From the NCBI GenBank assembly GCA_963666275.2, contig CAXXOA010000002.1:2219697-2283696 (forward strand): 64,000 nucleotides of DNA. The letters are read 5' to 3'. This document shows, in pieces, positions 1-10,980 of the stretch. The number at the start of each line of letters is the position of its first letter. Position 1 is the first letter of the stretch. The notes beneath the pieces are model-generated. The model made no database searches and was not told the origin of the DNA. It saw only the letters and a list, made by a program, of their open reading frames with translations. This DNA is from Oceanispirochaeta sp. (GTDB taxonomy: Bacteria; Spirochaetota; Spirochaetia; DSM-2461). The position numbers were made by a program, and so were the translations under genes.

Positions 1-1073
1 CTTTACTCAAAATTAAAGAATTGCCAATTCCAGAGCCAGGTGCTGGTGAAGTCTTGTTGAAAGTCAAAGCATGTGGGATTTGTGGAAGTGATATACATAT
101 GGCTCATATTCAAGAAAATGGATATATACCGTATCCAGGCCTTACCAGTTTCCCTATTATTTTGGGACATGAAATATCAGGTGTAGTCGTAAAATCAGGA
201 TCAAATGCAATAGACAGGAAAACAGGCCTTCCTTTTAAGGAAGGAGAAATTGTTTGTGCTGAAGAAATGCAATGGTGTGGCAAATGCTCTTCTTGTGTTA
301 TAGGTGAACCTAATTATTGTGAAAATTTGAATGAAATGGGATTTAATAAAAATGGTGGGTTTGCTGAATATGTTGTTATCCCTGATAAATCTATTTGGAG
401 CTTGGAACCTCTGAAAGACAGGTTTTCAGAAAAGGATATTTTCCTGGCAGGAAGTTTGATTGAACCAGCCGCAGTCGCTTATAATGCCATTTTTACTTTA
501 GCGGGGGCCATTTATCCTGGACAGATTGTCATTGTAAATGGAGGAGGACCTATTGGACTTTCTGCTTGTGCTCTAGCAAAAAGATCTGGAGCATCAATTG
601 TCATTTTAATAGAACCTTCAGAATCCAGACGGACAATCGGAAAAAAAATAGGTGCTGATTTTTCTTTGGATAACACCAACGTTGATCTTCAATCAGAGAT
701 CTTGAGAATAACAAATGGAAAAGGAGCACATCTATATATTGAATCATCGGGATATACATCTGATTTTTGGAATACTGTTGAAAAATGTATTTGGAGAGGA
801 ACTACTATAGGTTCCAAAGTCTGCATAATTTCCAGAAGTGATGAACAAGTATCTATATCGCCGGATGTATTGCAAGTTAAAAAAGCTTCAATTTTTGGTT
901 CATATGGACATGCAGGTCACAATAACTTTTACTATGTAATTGAATCAGTCGCTATGGGTTTGAATTTATTGCCAATGATAACAAAAACAATATGTCTTGA
1001 GGAAACTCCCAATATACTGAAGTCTTTACAATTTGACAAAACAGATTGTAAAGTAACAGTTCTCATGGAATAA
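1..1073 (+). CDS. iolM: Scyllo-inosose 3-dehydrogenase (Zn-dependent MDR family); 5' end lies before the window
   Basis: The frame is open from the window start (LLKIKELPIPEP). It has the motifs KACGICGSDIHM, GYIPYPGLTSFPIILGHE, CAEEMQWCGKCSSC and GGGPIG, and closely resembles Thermotoga IolM as recalled. iolN and iolO lie nearby. Confidence 0.85.
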   Translation, partial: LLKIKELPIPEPGAGEVLLKVKACGICGSDIHMAHIQENGYIPYPGLTSFPIILGHEISGVVVKSGSNAIDRKTGLPFKEGEIVCAEEMQWCGKCSSCVIGEPNYCENLNEMGFNKNGGFAEYVVIPDKSIWSLEPLKDRFSEKDIFLAGSLIEPAAVAYNAIFTLAGAIYPGQIVIVNGGGPIGLSACALAKRSGASIVILIEPSESRRTIGKKIGADFSLDNTNVDLQSEILRITNGKGAHLYIESSGYTSDFWNTVEKCIWRGTTIGSKVCIISRSDEQVSISPDVLQVKKASIFGSYGHAGHNNFYYVIESVAMGLNLLPMITKTICLEETPNILKSLQFDKTDCKVTVLME

Positions 1074-1142
1074 TAATTGCCAAAATTGGAGTTATTTACT
1101 CTATAAGGTTAATTTGAAATACTTATTAGGAAAGATTTATAT

Positions 1143-1793
1143 ATGACAAAGGACCAAAAAAAATCAAAGAGTGAACAAGTGTATCAGCAGCTTAAGGAAA
1201 TGATTGTCTCTCATGAATTAGCTCAGGGAGCACCGTTGTCTGAAAGAAATATCAGCCATCTTTTTGAAGCAAGCAGGACGCCAGTTCGAGAGGCGCTGAA
1301 AAGATTGAGTACCGAGCATTTCGTTGAAATGACTCCTGAATACGGAGCATTGGTTTCAAAAATTACTTATGAAACTATTCTTGAAGTCTATGAAACACGT
1401 GAAGTCCTTGAAGGATTGGCTGCAAAATTATGTGCTGAAAATTTGCAGCAATCAGAAAAACTGGATCTAGAAAGGATCTCGGCAGAATTTTTGCTTAGCT
1501 TAAAAGAAGGCAGATTTTCTGATTCTATTCCTATTGATATGCAATTTCATAGTTTTTTGATTACACATAGTAGAAATTCTATGCTTTCCAGTATGATTAA
1601 TATGCTATTTGATCATAGTCGAAGAATCACCAGGTTGATAGAATACACAGATGAGTGGTCGGCAACTGTTCAAAGGCAGCATTCAGATATAGCTAAGTTT
1701 ATTTTGGAAGGGAATGGTGAACTGGCGGAGGCTGCGATGCGGGAGCACATTGCTTCTTCCCGGGAAAGACATTTATTACAGATAAGACGGTAA
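1143..1793 (+). CDS. GntR-family regulator (FCD domain)
   Basis: HTH segment LSERNISHLFEASRTPVREAL; FCD motifs DMQFH and QHSDI...MREHI. Confidence 0.92.
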   Translation: MTKDQKKSKSEQVYQQLKEMIVSHELAQGAPLSERNISHLFEASRTPVREALKRLSTEHFVEMTPEYGALVSKITYETILEVYETREVLEGLAAKLCAENLQQSEKLDLERISAEFLLSLKEGRFSDSIPIDMQFHSFLITHSRNSMLSSMINMLFDHSRRITRLIEYTDEWSATVQRQHSDIAKFILEGNGELAEAAMREHIASSRERHLLQIRR

Positions 1794-1934
1794 AAACAAA
1801 TAACAATTAGAAATCAAAAAATCTATATTTAATATGAATTCTTAATATTTTTGTTTCCCAAACAAAAGTAAGTTAGTTATCTTTTCTGATCAATTCATTT
1901 TTTTTGTTGGAGTAGAAGTTTTACACCATTTTGT

Positions 1935-1969
1935 TTGACACCAGTGGAATACCAATGGTATCATATAAT
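1935..1969 (+). promoter_or_regulatory. Sigma70-type promoter with a GntR-type operator in the spacer
   Basis: TTGACA at 1935-1940 and TATCAT at 1959-1964. The imperfect palindrome CCAGTGGAATACCAATGG at 1941-1958 has a TGG..TACCA core. Confidence 0.6.
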
Positions 1970-1987
1970 CAATCAATTTAAGGAGGA

Positions 1988-3076
1988 ATGCAAATGAAAA
2001 GAGTTATTTTTCTTTTGCTGCTGGTAATGCTTATCAGCCCGGTTATGATGTTTGCTAATGGAGGACAGGATTCCAGTGCAACCGCTAAAGATGATGGTGT
2101 AATAAAAATCGGTGTATCTATCGGAACTCTCAAGCAGGAACGCTGGCAGCGGGAAATCGAGATGTTTCAAGCTTATGCGGAAGAGAATGGAATCGAGTTA
2201 ATGGTTCAATCTGCTGAAGATGAAGCCATGAAACAGATGTCTCAATGCGAAAACCTGCTTTCTCAGGGGATTGATGTTCTCATCGTTCAGGCTCTTGATT
2301 CAGAAGCTATGGGATCAATTGTTGAACCTGCCCATGAAGTTGGTGTACCAGTTATCGCTTATGACAGGTTTGTCCGGAATGGTGATCTTGATTATTACAT
2401 TACATTCGATTCAGTTAAAGTAGGTGAAGTAGAGGCACAATTTGTAGTGGATCAGGCTCCTAAAGGAAATTATATCTGGCTGAAAGGTGGTCCTGAGGAT
2501 TTTAATGCGCATCTGGTTTATGAAGGACATCAGCATGTTCTTCAACCATATATTGATAGTGGGGATATCAAAATCGTACTGGAACAATGGTGTAAAGGAT
2601 GGAGTCCCGAAGAAGCACTAAAACATACTGAAAATGGTTTGACCTTGGCAGGGAATGATGTACAAGCTGTCATAGCATCCAATGATGGCACTGCTGGCGG
2701 AGCTATTCAGGCACTAGCCGCTCAGGGATTAGCCGGGAAGGTGCCTATTGCCGGACAGGATGCAGATATAGCTGCTTGCCAGAGAATTGTTGAAGGACTT
2801 CAGACAGGTACTGTATACAAGCCTCTTGCCATGTTAAACCAGGCCGCAATGGAAGTAGCAGTTGCTCTGGCCGAAGGTAAAGATCCAAAGCTTACTATAG
2901 GAACTGATCTGGGTATTTGGACAAAACTGGACAATGGAACAAAGATGGTTGATTCTTATTCTGTGGATGTTGTGGCAGTAAATAAAGATAATATGGTAGA
3001 TATTATCATCGGTGATGGTTTTCATACTATGGAAGATGTTTACAAGAATGTTCCAAAAGATCAGTGGCCCAAGTGA
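1988..3076 (+). CDS. Sugar ABC transporter substrate-binding protein, XylF/ChvE-like (start may be 1994)
   Basis: Signal peptide; motifs QERWQRE, VIAYDR, ASNDGTAGG, GQDAD and TVYKP; RBS AGGAGG at 1981. Confidence 0.9.
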   Translation: MQMKRVIFLLLLVMLISPVMMFANGGQDSSATAKDDGVIKIGVSIGTLKQERWQREIEMFQAYAEENGIELMVQSAEDEAMKQMSQCENLLSQGIDVLIVQALDSEAMGSIVEPAHEVGVPVIAYDRFVRNGDLDYYITFDSVKVGEVEAQFVVDQAPKGNYIWLKGGPEDFNAHLVYEGHQHVLQPYIDSGDIKIVLEQWCKGWSPEEALKHTENGLTLAGNDVQAVIASNDGTAGGAIQALAAQGLAGKVPIAGQDADIAACQRIVEGLQTGTVYKPLAMLNQAAMEVAVALAEGKDPKLTIGTDLGIWTKLDNGTKMVDSYSVDVVAVNKDNMVDIIIGDGFHTMEDVYKNVPKDQWPK

Positions 3077-3092
3077 TCTAAACGCAATCTAG

Positions 3093-3125
3093 AAAGAAAT
3101 TCCGGCGGTATGTCGGAATTTCTTT
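3093..3125 (+). terminator. Stem-loop (terminator or mRNA stabiliser) after the binding-protein gene
   Basis: AAAGAAATTCCGGC-ggtat-GTCGGAATTTCTTT. Confidence 0.65.
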
Positions 3126-3187
3126 GCAAAAATGAATTATATATTTTCTCAATTAGAAATAGCTCATTAATATAAGGACGATTTGTA

Positions 3188-4237
3188 GTGAAAAAGAAAC
3201 TTAAATTAGGGGTGATAGGTGCAGGTAAAATTGGTCGACTTCACCTTGATAGTGTAATAAATTATATTTCTTCTACTGAAGTGGTGCAGGTAGCAGACCC
3301 ATACATAACAAATGAAACCAAAGAGTGGCTTTCTGATCTGGGTGTCACTTCTATCACTCCTGATGTGGATGAACTTATTAACAATAAAGAAGTCGAAGCA
3401 GTGATGATCCTCTCTTCTACAAATTTACATGCGGAACAGATTGTAAAAGCTGCAAAAGCAGGTAAACATATTTTTTGCGAAAAACCTGTGCATTTTGAAC
3501 TGCAGACAATTCTGGAGACTCTAAAAATAGTTAAAGAGAGTGGAGTTAAGTTTCAGATAGGTTTTAATAGAAGGTTCGATCACAACTTTAAAAGGGTACG
3601 GGATACTGTGGAATCCGGTAAGATAGGTACTCCTCACATAGTTAAAATCACCTCCAGAGATCCTGCTCCTCCTCCCATTGAATATGTAAAGGTTTCCGGC
3701 GGACTGTTTATGGATATGATGATCCATGATTTTGATATGATCCGCTATCTTTCCGGTCAGGAAGTCGTATCTGTCTTTGCCCGTGGTGGAAATCTGATTG
3801 ATGAAAAAATCAAAGAAGTCGGTGATGTGGATACCGCAATTGTAACTTTTGAATTTAAAGACGGATCATTCGGTGTTATTGATAACTCCAGGCAGGCTGT
3901 TTATGGGTACGATCAGAGAGCGGAAGTTTTCGGATCCAAAGGTTGTTGTGAAGCACAGAACGATACTGATACCAGAGTCTCTACCGTAACTGTTGATGGT
4001 ACTGAATCGGATAAGCCTCCCTATTTCTTCCTGCAAAGGTACTTCCAGGCATATGTAGATGAAATGAAGAGTTTTGCTGAAGCGGTACTGGAAGATAAAC
4101 CGGTCGCTTGTGGTTTGTATGATGCCATACGTCCTGTCATTATAGCAAAAGCAGCAGGACTTTCTCTGAAAGAAGGTAGAGCAGTAAAACTGGAAGAAAT
4201 TCTGAATGAAAAGACTATTTCCAAATATCTGAAATAA
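3188..4237 (+). CDS. iolG: Myo-inositol 2-dehydrogenase (Gfo/Idh/MocA)
   Basis: Motifs GAGKIG, CEKP, GFNRRFD, SRDP, SGGLFMDMMIHDFD and YGYDQRAEVFG. Confidence 0.88.
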   Translation: MKKKLKLGVIGAGKIGRLHLDSVINYISSTEVVQVADPYITNETKEWLSDLGVTSITPDVDELINNKEVEAVMILSSTNLHAEQIVKAAKAGKHIFCEKPVHFELQTILETLKIVKESGVKFQIGFNRRFDHNFKRVRDTVESGKIGTPHIVKITSRDPAPPPIEYVKVSGGLFMDMMIHDFDMIRYLSGQEVVSVFARGGNLIDEKIKEVGDVDTAIVTFEFKDGSFGVIDNSRQAVYGYDQRAEVFGSKGCCEAQNDTDTRVSTVTVDGTESDKPPYFFLQRYFQAYVDEMKSFAEAVLEDKPVACGLYDAIRPVIIAKAAGLSLKEGRAVKLEEILNEKTISKYLK

Positions 4238-4264
4238 TTTGAGATCATTTCTGAAGGAAGAATT

Positions 4265-5107
4265 ATGAAATTTGCCATAAATGAAAATACTATTTTTCAA
4301 TGTCACTTAAGTGAATTTATTGATGTTTGCGGAGTAGCCAATTTCAAAGCTGTAGAAATCAGCTATGCTAAATTGAAGGAAGAATTAAAATTTGTCTCTC
4401 CTTCAGATCTTAGAAAAAAGCTGAAGAAATATGATATGAAAGTTTTATCAATAAATGCCTTTGAGGATGTTTTTCTTGTTCCACAGGAAGGAGCTTTTGT
4501 TCTTGAAAAAGAGGCGCATTTATTAGCTGAATTATGCAGAGCCATTGAATCTCCAGCTATAGTCGCTCCTTCAAGTAGATGGTATCAAATTTATGGTAAT
4601 TTACCTTCAAAAGATAGGATTACCAAAACCTACCAGGAAAGGATAACCTTTCTTAAAAATATTTTTTGCAGCTATGATTTGGAGTTGATGTTTGAACCGA
4701 TTGAATTTCCAGAATTCGTTGTTGGTGATACGGATTGGATTAACACAATACTTGATGCTCCTAATCTTCATAATATCCCTATCGTTCCGGACATACATAA
4801 TCTTATGCCAAATGGAGAAGGACCCGAGCAATTGGGAAAGTTTAATAATCCCATCGGAATATTCCATATTGATGATACTTTGGATCTGAGGGATGAAGAT
4901 ATACATGTTGCTAAAAGTCGTTGCTTTCCAGGAGACGGCATTTCAAATGCCGTAAAATGGATTAAAGCAGCAGAAAAAGTTGGCTACAAAGGATACTACT
5001 CTCTGGAGCTGTTTGATGACACTGTTTATGCAATGTCTCCTTTGGCTGCAGCAAAATTGTGTCGACAGAAACTTGATATTTTTGAAAAACTTGTGGAAAA
5101 ACTATAA
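4265..5107 (+). CDS. Sugar-phosphate isomerase/epimerase (xylose-isomerase-like TIM barrel), IolI-like
   Basis: Metal motifs FEPI, DIHN, FHIDD, RCFPGDG and YSLELF; follows iolG. Confidence 0.75.
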   Translation: MKFAINENTIFQCHLSEFIDVCGVANFKAVEISYAKLKEELKFVSPSDLRKKLKKYDMKVLSINAFEDVFLVPQEGAFVLEKEAHLLAELCRAIESPAIVAPSSRWYQIYGNLPSKDRITKTYQERITFLKNIFCSYDLELMFEPIEFPEFVVGDTDWINTILDAPNLHNIPIVPDIHNLMPNGEGPEQLGKFNNPIGIFHIDDTLDLRDEDIHVAKSRCFPGDGISNAVKWIKAAEKVGYKGYYSLELFDDTVYAMSPLAAAKLCRQKLDIFEKLVEKL

Positions 5108-5117
5108 TGGGGAACCA

Positions 5118-5792
5118 GTGGAAGAGCAGAACTTGGTATATAACAGGAAAGAACTCAAGTCAGATATTGTTTACAAAAGAATAAAGGAGTTGATTATTGC
5201 CAATGAGTTTAAGCAGGGAATGCCTTTGTCAGAACGAAAGTTGTGCTCAGAACTTAACTCCAGTAGAACGCCTGTACGTGAGGCAATTAAAAAGCTTCAT
5301 ACAGAAAATTTCGTAGACTATAAGCAGGATTATGGTACCTTTGTTTCAGAGGTATCATACCAGCAAGTTGTCCAGATATATGACATAAGGGAGATGCTTG
5401 AAGCTCTGGCTGTTCGATTATTTACATCAATGGTAACGAATTCACAATTAGATATTCTTCGTACCCTTCACAATCAAATGGCTGAAAGAACTAAGCATCA
5501 GGATTATTTAGAAAGTTTACGAATAGATCTGAATTTTCACCAATATATTATTAACGAAACAAAAAGTCTCTATTTACAAAAATTACTGAATTCAATTTTT
5601 GAACAAACCACACGGATTATCAATTTAACAAGTTATTCCGATGAATGGGCTGTAGAATCTCTTGAAGCTCATAAGCGAATTTTTCTATATATCGAAAAGA
5701 AAGAGAGTCTTCAAGCGGAAGAAGAGATGAGAAAGCATTCTCAGAGAAGCAAACAACATCAGTTGGAACAGTGGATTAATAATAATTGCTAG
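5118..5792 (+). CDS. GntR-family regulator (FCD domain), paralog of 1143..1793
   Basis: LSERKLCSELNSSRTPVREAI and DLNFH. The likely start is GTG 5118, just after the upstream stop. Confidence 0.88.
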   Translation: MEEQNLVYNRKELKSDIVYKRIKELIIANEFKQGMPLSERKLCSELNSSRTPVREAIKKLHTENFVDYKQDYGTFVSEVSYQQVVQIYDIREMLEALAVRLFTSMVTNSQLDILRTLHNQMAERTKHQDYLESLRIDLNFHQYIINETKSLYLQKLLNSIFEQTTRIINLTSYSDEWAVESLEAHKRIFLYIEKKESLQAEEEMRKHSQRSKQHQLEQWINNNC

Positions 5793-6205
5793 TACCCAAA
5801 GGAAGTTCTGGTCCCACAAGAAAACAGTGTATTTGAATCCTTCCAAGGATTTATATTCAAGAAGATTTTATAGGGGTGACATCTTCCTTGACACACAGTG
5901 CTACGCCGATTGACATGACAAGAACATATTCATTAAAGATTTTATCATTTGGTTTTAAAGAAAATAAACTATCATTTCTTTTTAACTATTCCATAACCTG
6001 AATAACAACTGTTTTCTGTTTAACCGGCTTATTTCTTATCATTTTTTTCTGCTTTATCATTAAATGTGAATATATCCAAATGAGTTTGATCCTGAAATGC
6101 ATTTGGAAAGAATTGCATTTTTCATTTGAAATAGATGAACCTTTTTTATCGTCCTATGTTCTGACGGTAGTGTGGAGTAGAAAAATTGTAAAGAGAAAGT
6201 GAAAC

Positions 6206-7510
<1,305 letters not shown>

Positions 7511-7592
7511 AACTGGCAAAAGAGGTGTTTGTCTGTGTAATTAAAATTGGAAGATTACTATTTAGAACAATCCTTTTTACATATTTTAAAGA

Positions 7593-8303
7593 TTACAAAT
7601 CCTGGAAAAGAGGATCGCTGTTCCTTATATGTTTTCTGAATACCTCCATGGCTTTATAAAAATCACCTTCGATTATTGCATTGATCAGTTGCTTGTGGTT
7701 ATTAGAAATAATCTTTTTATCGATAATATCATCCTGAGCCAATACTATTTCTTCATAACTGAATGAACGCATAGTTTGGTATAAACTGTTGAAAAGATCA
7801 TTCTGACATGCCTCGATAATATGTTTATGAAAAGCATAGTCCGCTTCAATCCTTTTTGATATATTCCCCGACTCTACAGCTTTTATAATGTTTTCGACTT
7901 CTTTATTAAGTTTATTTACAATATCTGATATAAACGCATCATCCTTATTGTAGACCATCAGATACCATAATCCTTGATGTTCCATGATAAGTCTGAGTTC
8001 CAGAAGGTTTTTCAGGTCCTTTTTTCCTAATAGCATAGACCAAAGGAGTGCTTCGGAAGAGATGTTGGAGCTTTCGCAGATGAATGTCCCCTTTGGGTTA
8101 CGCAGTTCTACAACTCCTAAATATTGAAAAATTTTTAAGGCTTCTCTGATAGTTGACCTTCCGACTCCAAATGATTCGGCTAGTTCGTATTCGTTTGGAA
8201 CTTTATCATTCGGCTTTAAAGAGCCGGAAGCTATCATAGCTTTTAGCTGTTCCATAACCTGGAATACAACGGTTTTTTGTTTCACGGGCTTAATATTTTT
8301 CAT
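7593..8303 (-). CDS. FadR/GntR-family regulator divergent from iolNO
   Basis: PNEYELAESFGVGRSTIREAL and ADYAFH. Confidence 0.92.
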   Translation of the reverse strand: MKNIKPVKQKTVVFQVMEQLKAMIASGSLKPNDKVPNEYELAESFGVGRSTIREALKIFQYLGVVELRNPKGTFICESSNISSEALLWSMLLGKKDLKNLLELRLIMEHQGLWYLMVYNKDDAFISDIVNKLNKEVENIIKAVESGNISKRIEADYAFHKHIIEACQNDLFNSLYQTMRSFSYEEIVLAQDDIIDKKIISNNHKQLINAIIEGDFYKAMEVFRKHIRNSDPLFQDL

Positions 8304-8408
8304 TAGTCATTCCTATAGTAATTATTATTAACATAAAACATTGTTTCCCGATAGATTGTTTTGATTCTTTTTCTCTCTGATTTTCTTAAAATTTCTATCG
8401 GAAAAAAC

Positions 8409-8468
8409 TTGACAATTCAGAGATTAGTGCTATGATCAAATCATATTAACATCATATGGTCAGATGAT
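8409..8468 (+). promoter_or_regulatory. iolN promoter and operator
   Basis: TTGACA at 8409-8414 and TGcTATGAT at 8428-8436. CATCATATGGTCAGATGAT at 8450-8468 is identical to 18801-18819. Confidence 0.75.
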
Positions 8469-8502
8469 AATATGGTGTTCAAAAAATAAAGAGGTTTTTG
8501 AA

Positions 8503-9618
8503 ATGGCAGAAGTTAAAGACAAAAAATGGCTTACCACTGATTATCCGCATATCATTTTTGAAGATAATGCGGTAGGTCAGCTGAAAAAAAGAATTTTTGA
8601 TGCGCCCATGGAAGAGATTGAAGAAATTCTGAAGGATTACGAAGTTGGCGCCGAATCCGAATTGGGTAAGGCCGGATGTTATATCCAGACTACCCCCCGT
8701 AAGGACGCCATTGCTAAAAGAAAAAAGAATGATGTTGTTCTGGTTCCCATTGGATGTACGGAAAATCACGGCGATCACGCCAATACCGGCCTGGACACTT
8801 TTATGTGTACCCAGATTTGTGAAGCGATCAGGAGAAAAACCGCCAAAGAGGGAAGGGAAGTCAACTTGGCTTTTACTCCCATCAACTACGGCGGACATCC
8901 TTATCACCATATGGGAATGCCCGGAACGGTAATTATTCCCCCCGAAGTCGTACGGGAAATGCTGATCTATACCATGGTTGGTCTATGGAATGACGGTTAC
9001 AGAAAAATAATCCTGTTCAACAACCATGGTCACCTGTGGACCCTTGTTGATGCGATTCAGGAATTTATGAAACGGTACCAGCTTCCTGCGGTCGTACAGG
9101 TAATCGACTGGCATAGGGCTGTCCGTGAGTTCTTTATGCCGATTGACCGGGAAGACTCTCTGACGACCAACTTCATTCATGCGGATGAAGCGGAAACTGC
9201 TGTAGGTCTTCTGATGTTCAAAGACATGATAAATATGGATTATGTAAGAGATGCTGAAGGTGAAAGATTCTTACCTGAAGGGCACTTTGACCTGTCGGTG
9301 GATCCCAATCGCTGTCCTCACAGATGGTCTGAAGGTGAAGGTCATATTGCAATTGAACGATTTGCCACTCCCGAAGGGGTTGTTGGTTCTCCCAGCAAGG
9401 CTACCGCTGAAAAAGCAAAGCGTCCTATCGCAGCTATTTTGGAATACATGACTATGGCGATAAATGACATCCTGGAAACATTTCCTCCGGGAGAGCTTCC
9501 CAAGAAAGTATCTCTTAGAAGCGACGAAGAGCTGGCTCCATTCCTGAAAGAGCCCTGGACCGAAGGTTGGAAGTCTATCTACGAACTACCTCATATCGGG
9601 CCGTTTCACAAGGGATAG
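8503..9618 (+). CDS. iolN: 3-dehydro-scyllo-inosose hydrolase (creatininase family)
   Basis: Motifs PIGCTENHG, YGGHPYHHMGMPGT, NNHGH, HADEAET and TPEGVVG. RBS GAGG precedes ATG 8503, and an iolO-like gene follows. Confidence 0.88.
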   Translation: MAEVKDKKWLTTDYPHIIFEDNAVGQLKKRIFDAPMEEIEEILKDYEVGAESELGKAGCYIQTTPRKDAIAKRKKNDVVLVPIGCTENHGDHANTGLDTFMCTQICEAIRRKTAKEGREVNLAFTPINYGGHPYHHMGMPGTVIIPPEVVREMLIYTMVGLWNDGYRKIILFNNHGHLWTLVDAIQEFMKRYQLPAVVQVIDWHRAVREFFMPIDREDSLTTNFIHADEAETAVGLLMFKDMINMDYVRDAEGERFLPEGHFDLSVDPNRCPHRWSEGEGHIAIERFATPEGVVGSPSKATAEKAKRPIAAILEYMTMAINDILETFPPGELPKKVSLRSDEELAPFLKEPWTEGWKSIYELPHIGPFHKG

Positions 9619-9621
9619 TTA

Positions 9622-10449
9622 ATGAAGTATGCAATGTGTTTGTCCACCAATCCGGCAAAATTCGATGCTGTTCCCTTTAAGGGGGACTTTGAAGCAAATG
9701 TCCAAAAAATTGCGAACATGGGCTTTGACGGAATCGAATTGGCTGTGAGGGATCCGAGGATTATCGATCAGGACCAGGTGTTGCATGTTCTAAAGAGTGC
9801 GGGGATGACTGTCCCCGCTATTGGAACGGGACAGGCTTGGGGAGAAGAAGGCCTCTCTTTTACAGACCCAGATGAAAGTATCCGCAATAAAGCCATAGAA
9901 CGTGTTATTTCCCATGTTGATTTTGCGGCAAAATCAGGCAGTACGATTATTATCGGTTTACTTCGTGGTATTACGCGGCCTGAAGTCACTGAACAGAAAG
10001 CGCAAGAGCAGATGAAGGACGCTTTTCAGATCTGCTGTGCAGAAGCCGCCAGGCTGGATGTGAAAATAGCATTTGAACCTATCAATCGTTATGAGACATC
10101 ACTGTTGAACTCAGTAGGGGAAGGTTTGCGTTTTATCGATGGTGTAGGGGCGGATAATTTAGGGATGCTCCTTGACACCTTTCATATGAATATAGAAGAA
10201 CCGTCCATTACGGATAGTATCAGGTTAGCCGGTGACAGGATGTTTCATTTTCATTATGCCGATTCGAACAGACTGTATCCTGGATGCGGGCACATAGGCT
10301 TTAAAGAAATACTTAAAGTACTGATTGATGTGGGATATCAGGGTTTTGTATCCGGTGAGCACAGACCTGACCCGGAGCCTTCTGAAGCTGCAGTAAAAGG
10401 TTTGGAGTATTTGAAGAGATTGGAGGTAGAAATCCAGGAGGGGGTATGA
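9622..10449 (+). CDS. iolO: 5-keto-L-gluconate epimerase
   Basis: FDAVPFKGD, GIELAVRDP, AIGTGQA, EPINRYET, DTFHMNIEE and DSNRLYPGCGH; directly after iolN. Confidence 0.85.
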   Translation: MKYAMCLSTNPAKFDAVPFKGDFEANVQKIANMGFDGIELAVRDPRIIDQDQVLHVLKSAGMTVPAIGTGQAWGEEGLSFTDPDESIRNKAIERVISHVDFAAKSGSTIIIGLLRGITRPEVTEQKAQEQMKDAFQICCAEAARLDVKIAFEPINRYETSLLNSVGEGLRFIDGVGADNLGMLLDTFHMNIEEPSITDSIRLAGDRMFHFHYADSNRLYPGCGHIGFKEILKVLIDVGYQGFVSGEHRPDPEPSEAAVKGLEYLKRLEVEIQEGV

Positions 10450-10769
10450 GAAAGAATCTTTTTCTGGCCTTTTTGTTTGTATTTGTTTGTTCCCTGATAT
10501 TTTTTGAAGGTAAGAGTTTGAAGCATGGAACAACTGCTAATCCTTATGTAATAAACTATGAGATTTCAAAATCTTTATTAAAAAGATATTTAAAGAATCC
10601 GGCATTGGAAAATAGCGAAACAGTGTCTGATCCCAGCCGTGATGCTTTAACAGGAGGGAACAGTGAAAATATAGTAGGGAACCTGAAACAGATTCAGGAA
10701 TTTGATTTTTCAGTAAATTATAGAGACTTGATTGATGCCTGGATAATATATAGTGCCCTGTCGCTGTAA
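10446..10769 (+). CDS. Hypothetical exported protein, possibly a truncated gene
   Basis: The ATG overlaps the iolO stop, preceded by RBS AGGAGG, and there is an N-terminal signal-like segment. No family recognised. Confidence 0.45.
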   Translation: MRKNLFLAFLFVFVCSLIFFEGKSLKHGTTANPYVINYEISKSLLKRYLKNPALENSETVSDPSRDALTGGNSENIVGNLKQIQEFDFSVNYRDLIDAWIIYSALSL

Positions 10770-10980
10770 ATATGAAGAAATATATGAGTTGAGTCGCCTG
10801 TGGATTCCGTTAATGAAGATTTATGAATAGGATTTTACTAAGGATGGGAAAGTATAAGAACGTTATACACCGACTGTCCGGGATTATTTCTGATCAAAAT
10901 CAATATTACTTCTACAAACTAATATAATTGATCATACGTTATACGCAATAAATGATGATTTTAAAGTAAGGATTGAGAGT

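Noticed and set aside
4980..5117. N-terminal extensions in the ORF track (also 8464, 18838, 19971, 51684, 55367, 56350, 60585)
   Set aside because: They overlap upstream genes or promoters; downstream starts with an RBS fit the family lengths better.
5793..6205. Possible gene remnant between the GntR and the IS3
   Set aside because: It is AT-rich with no sustained ORF or motif I can assign.
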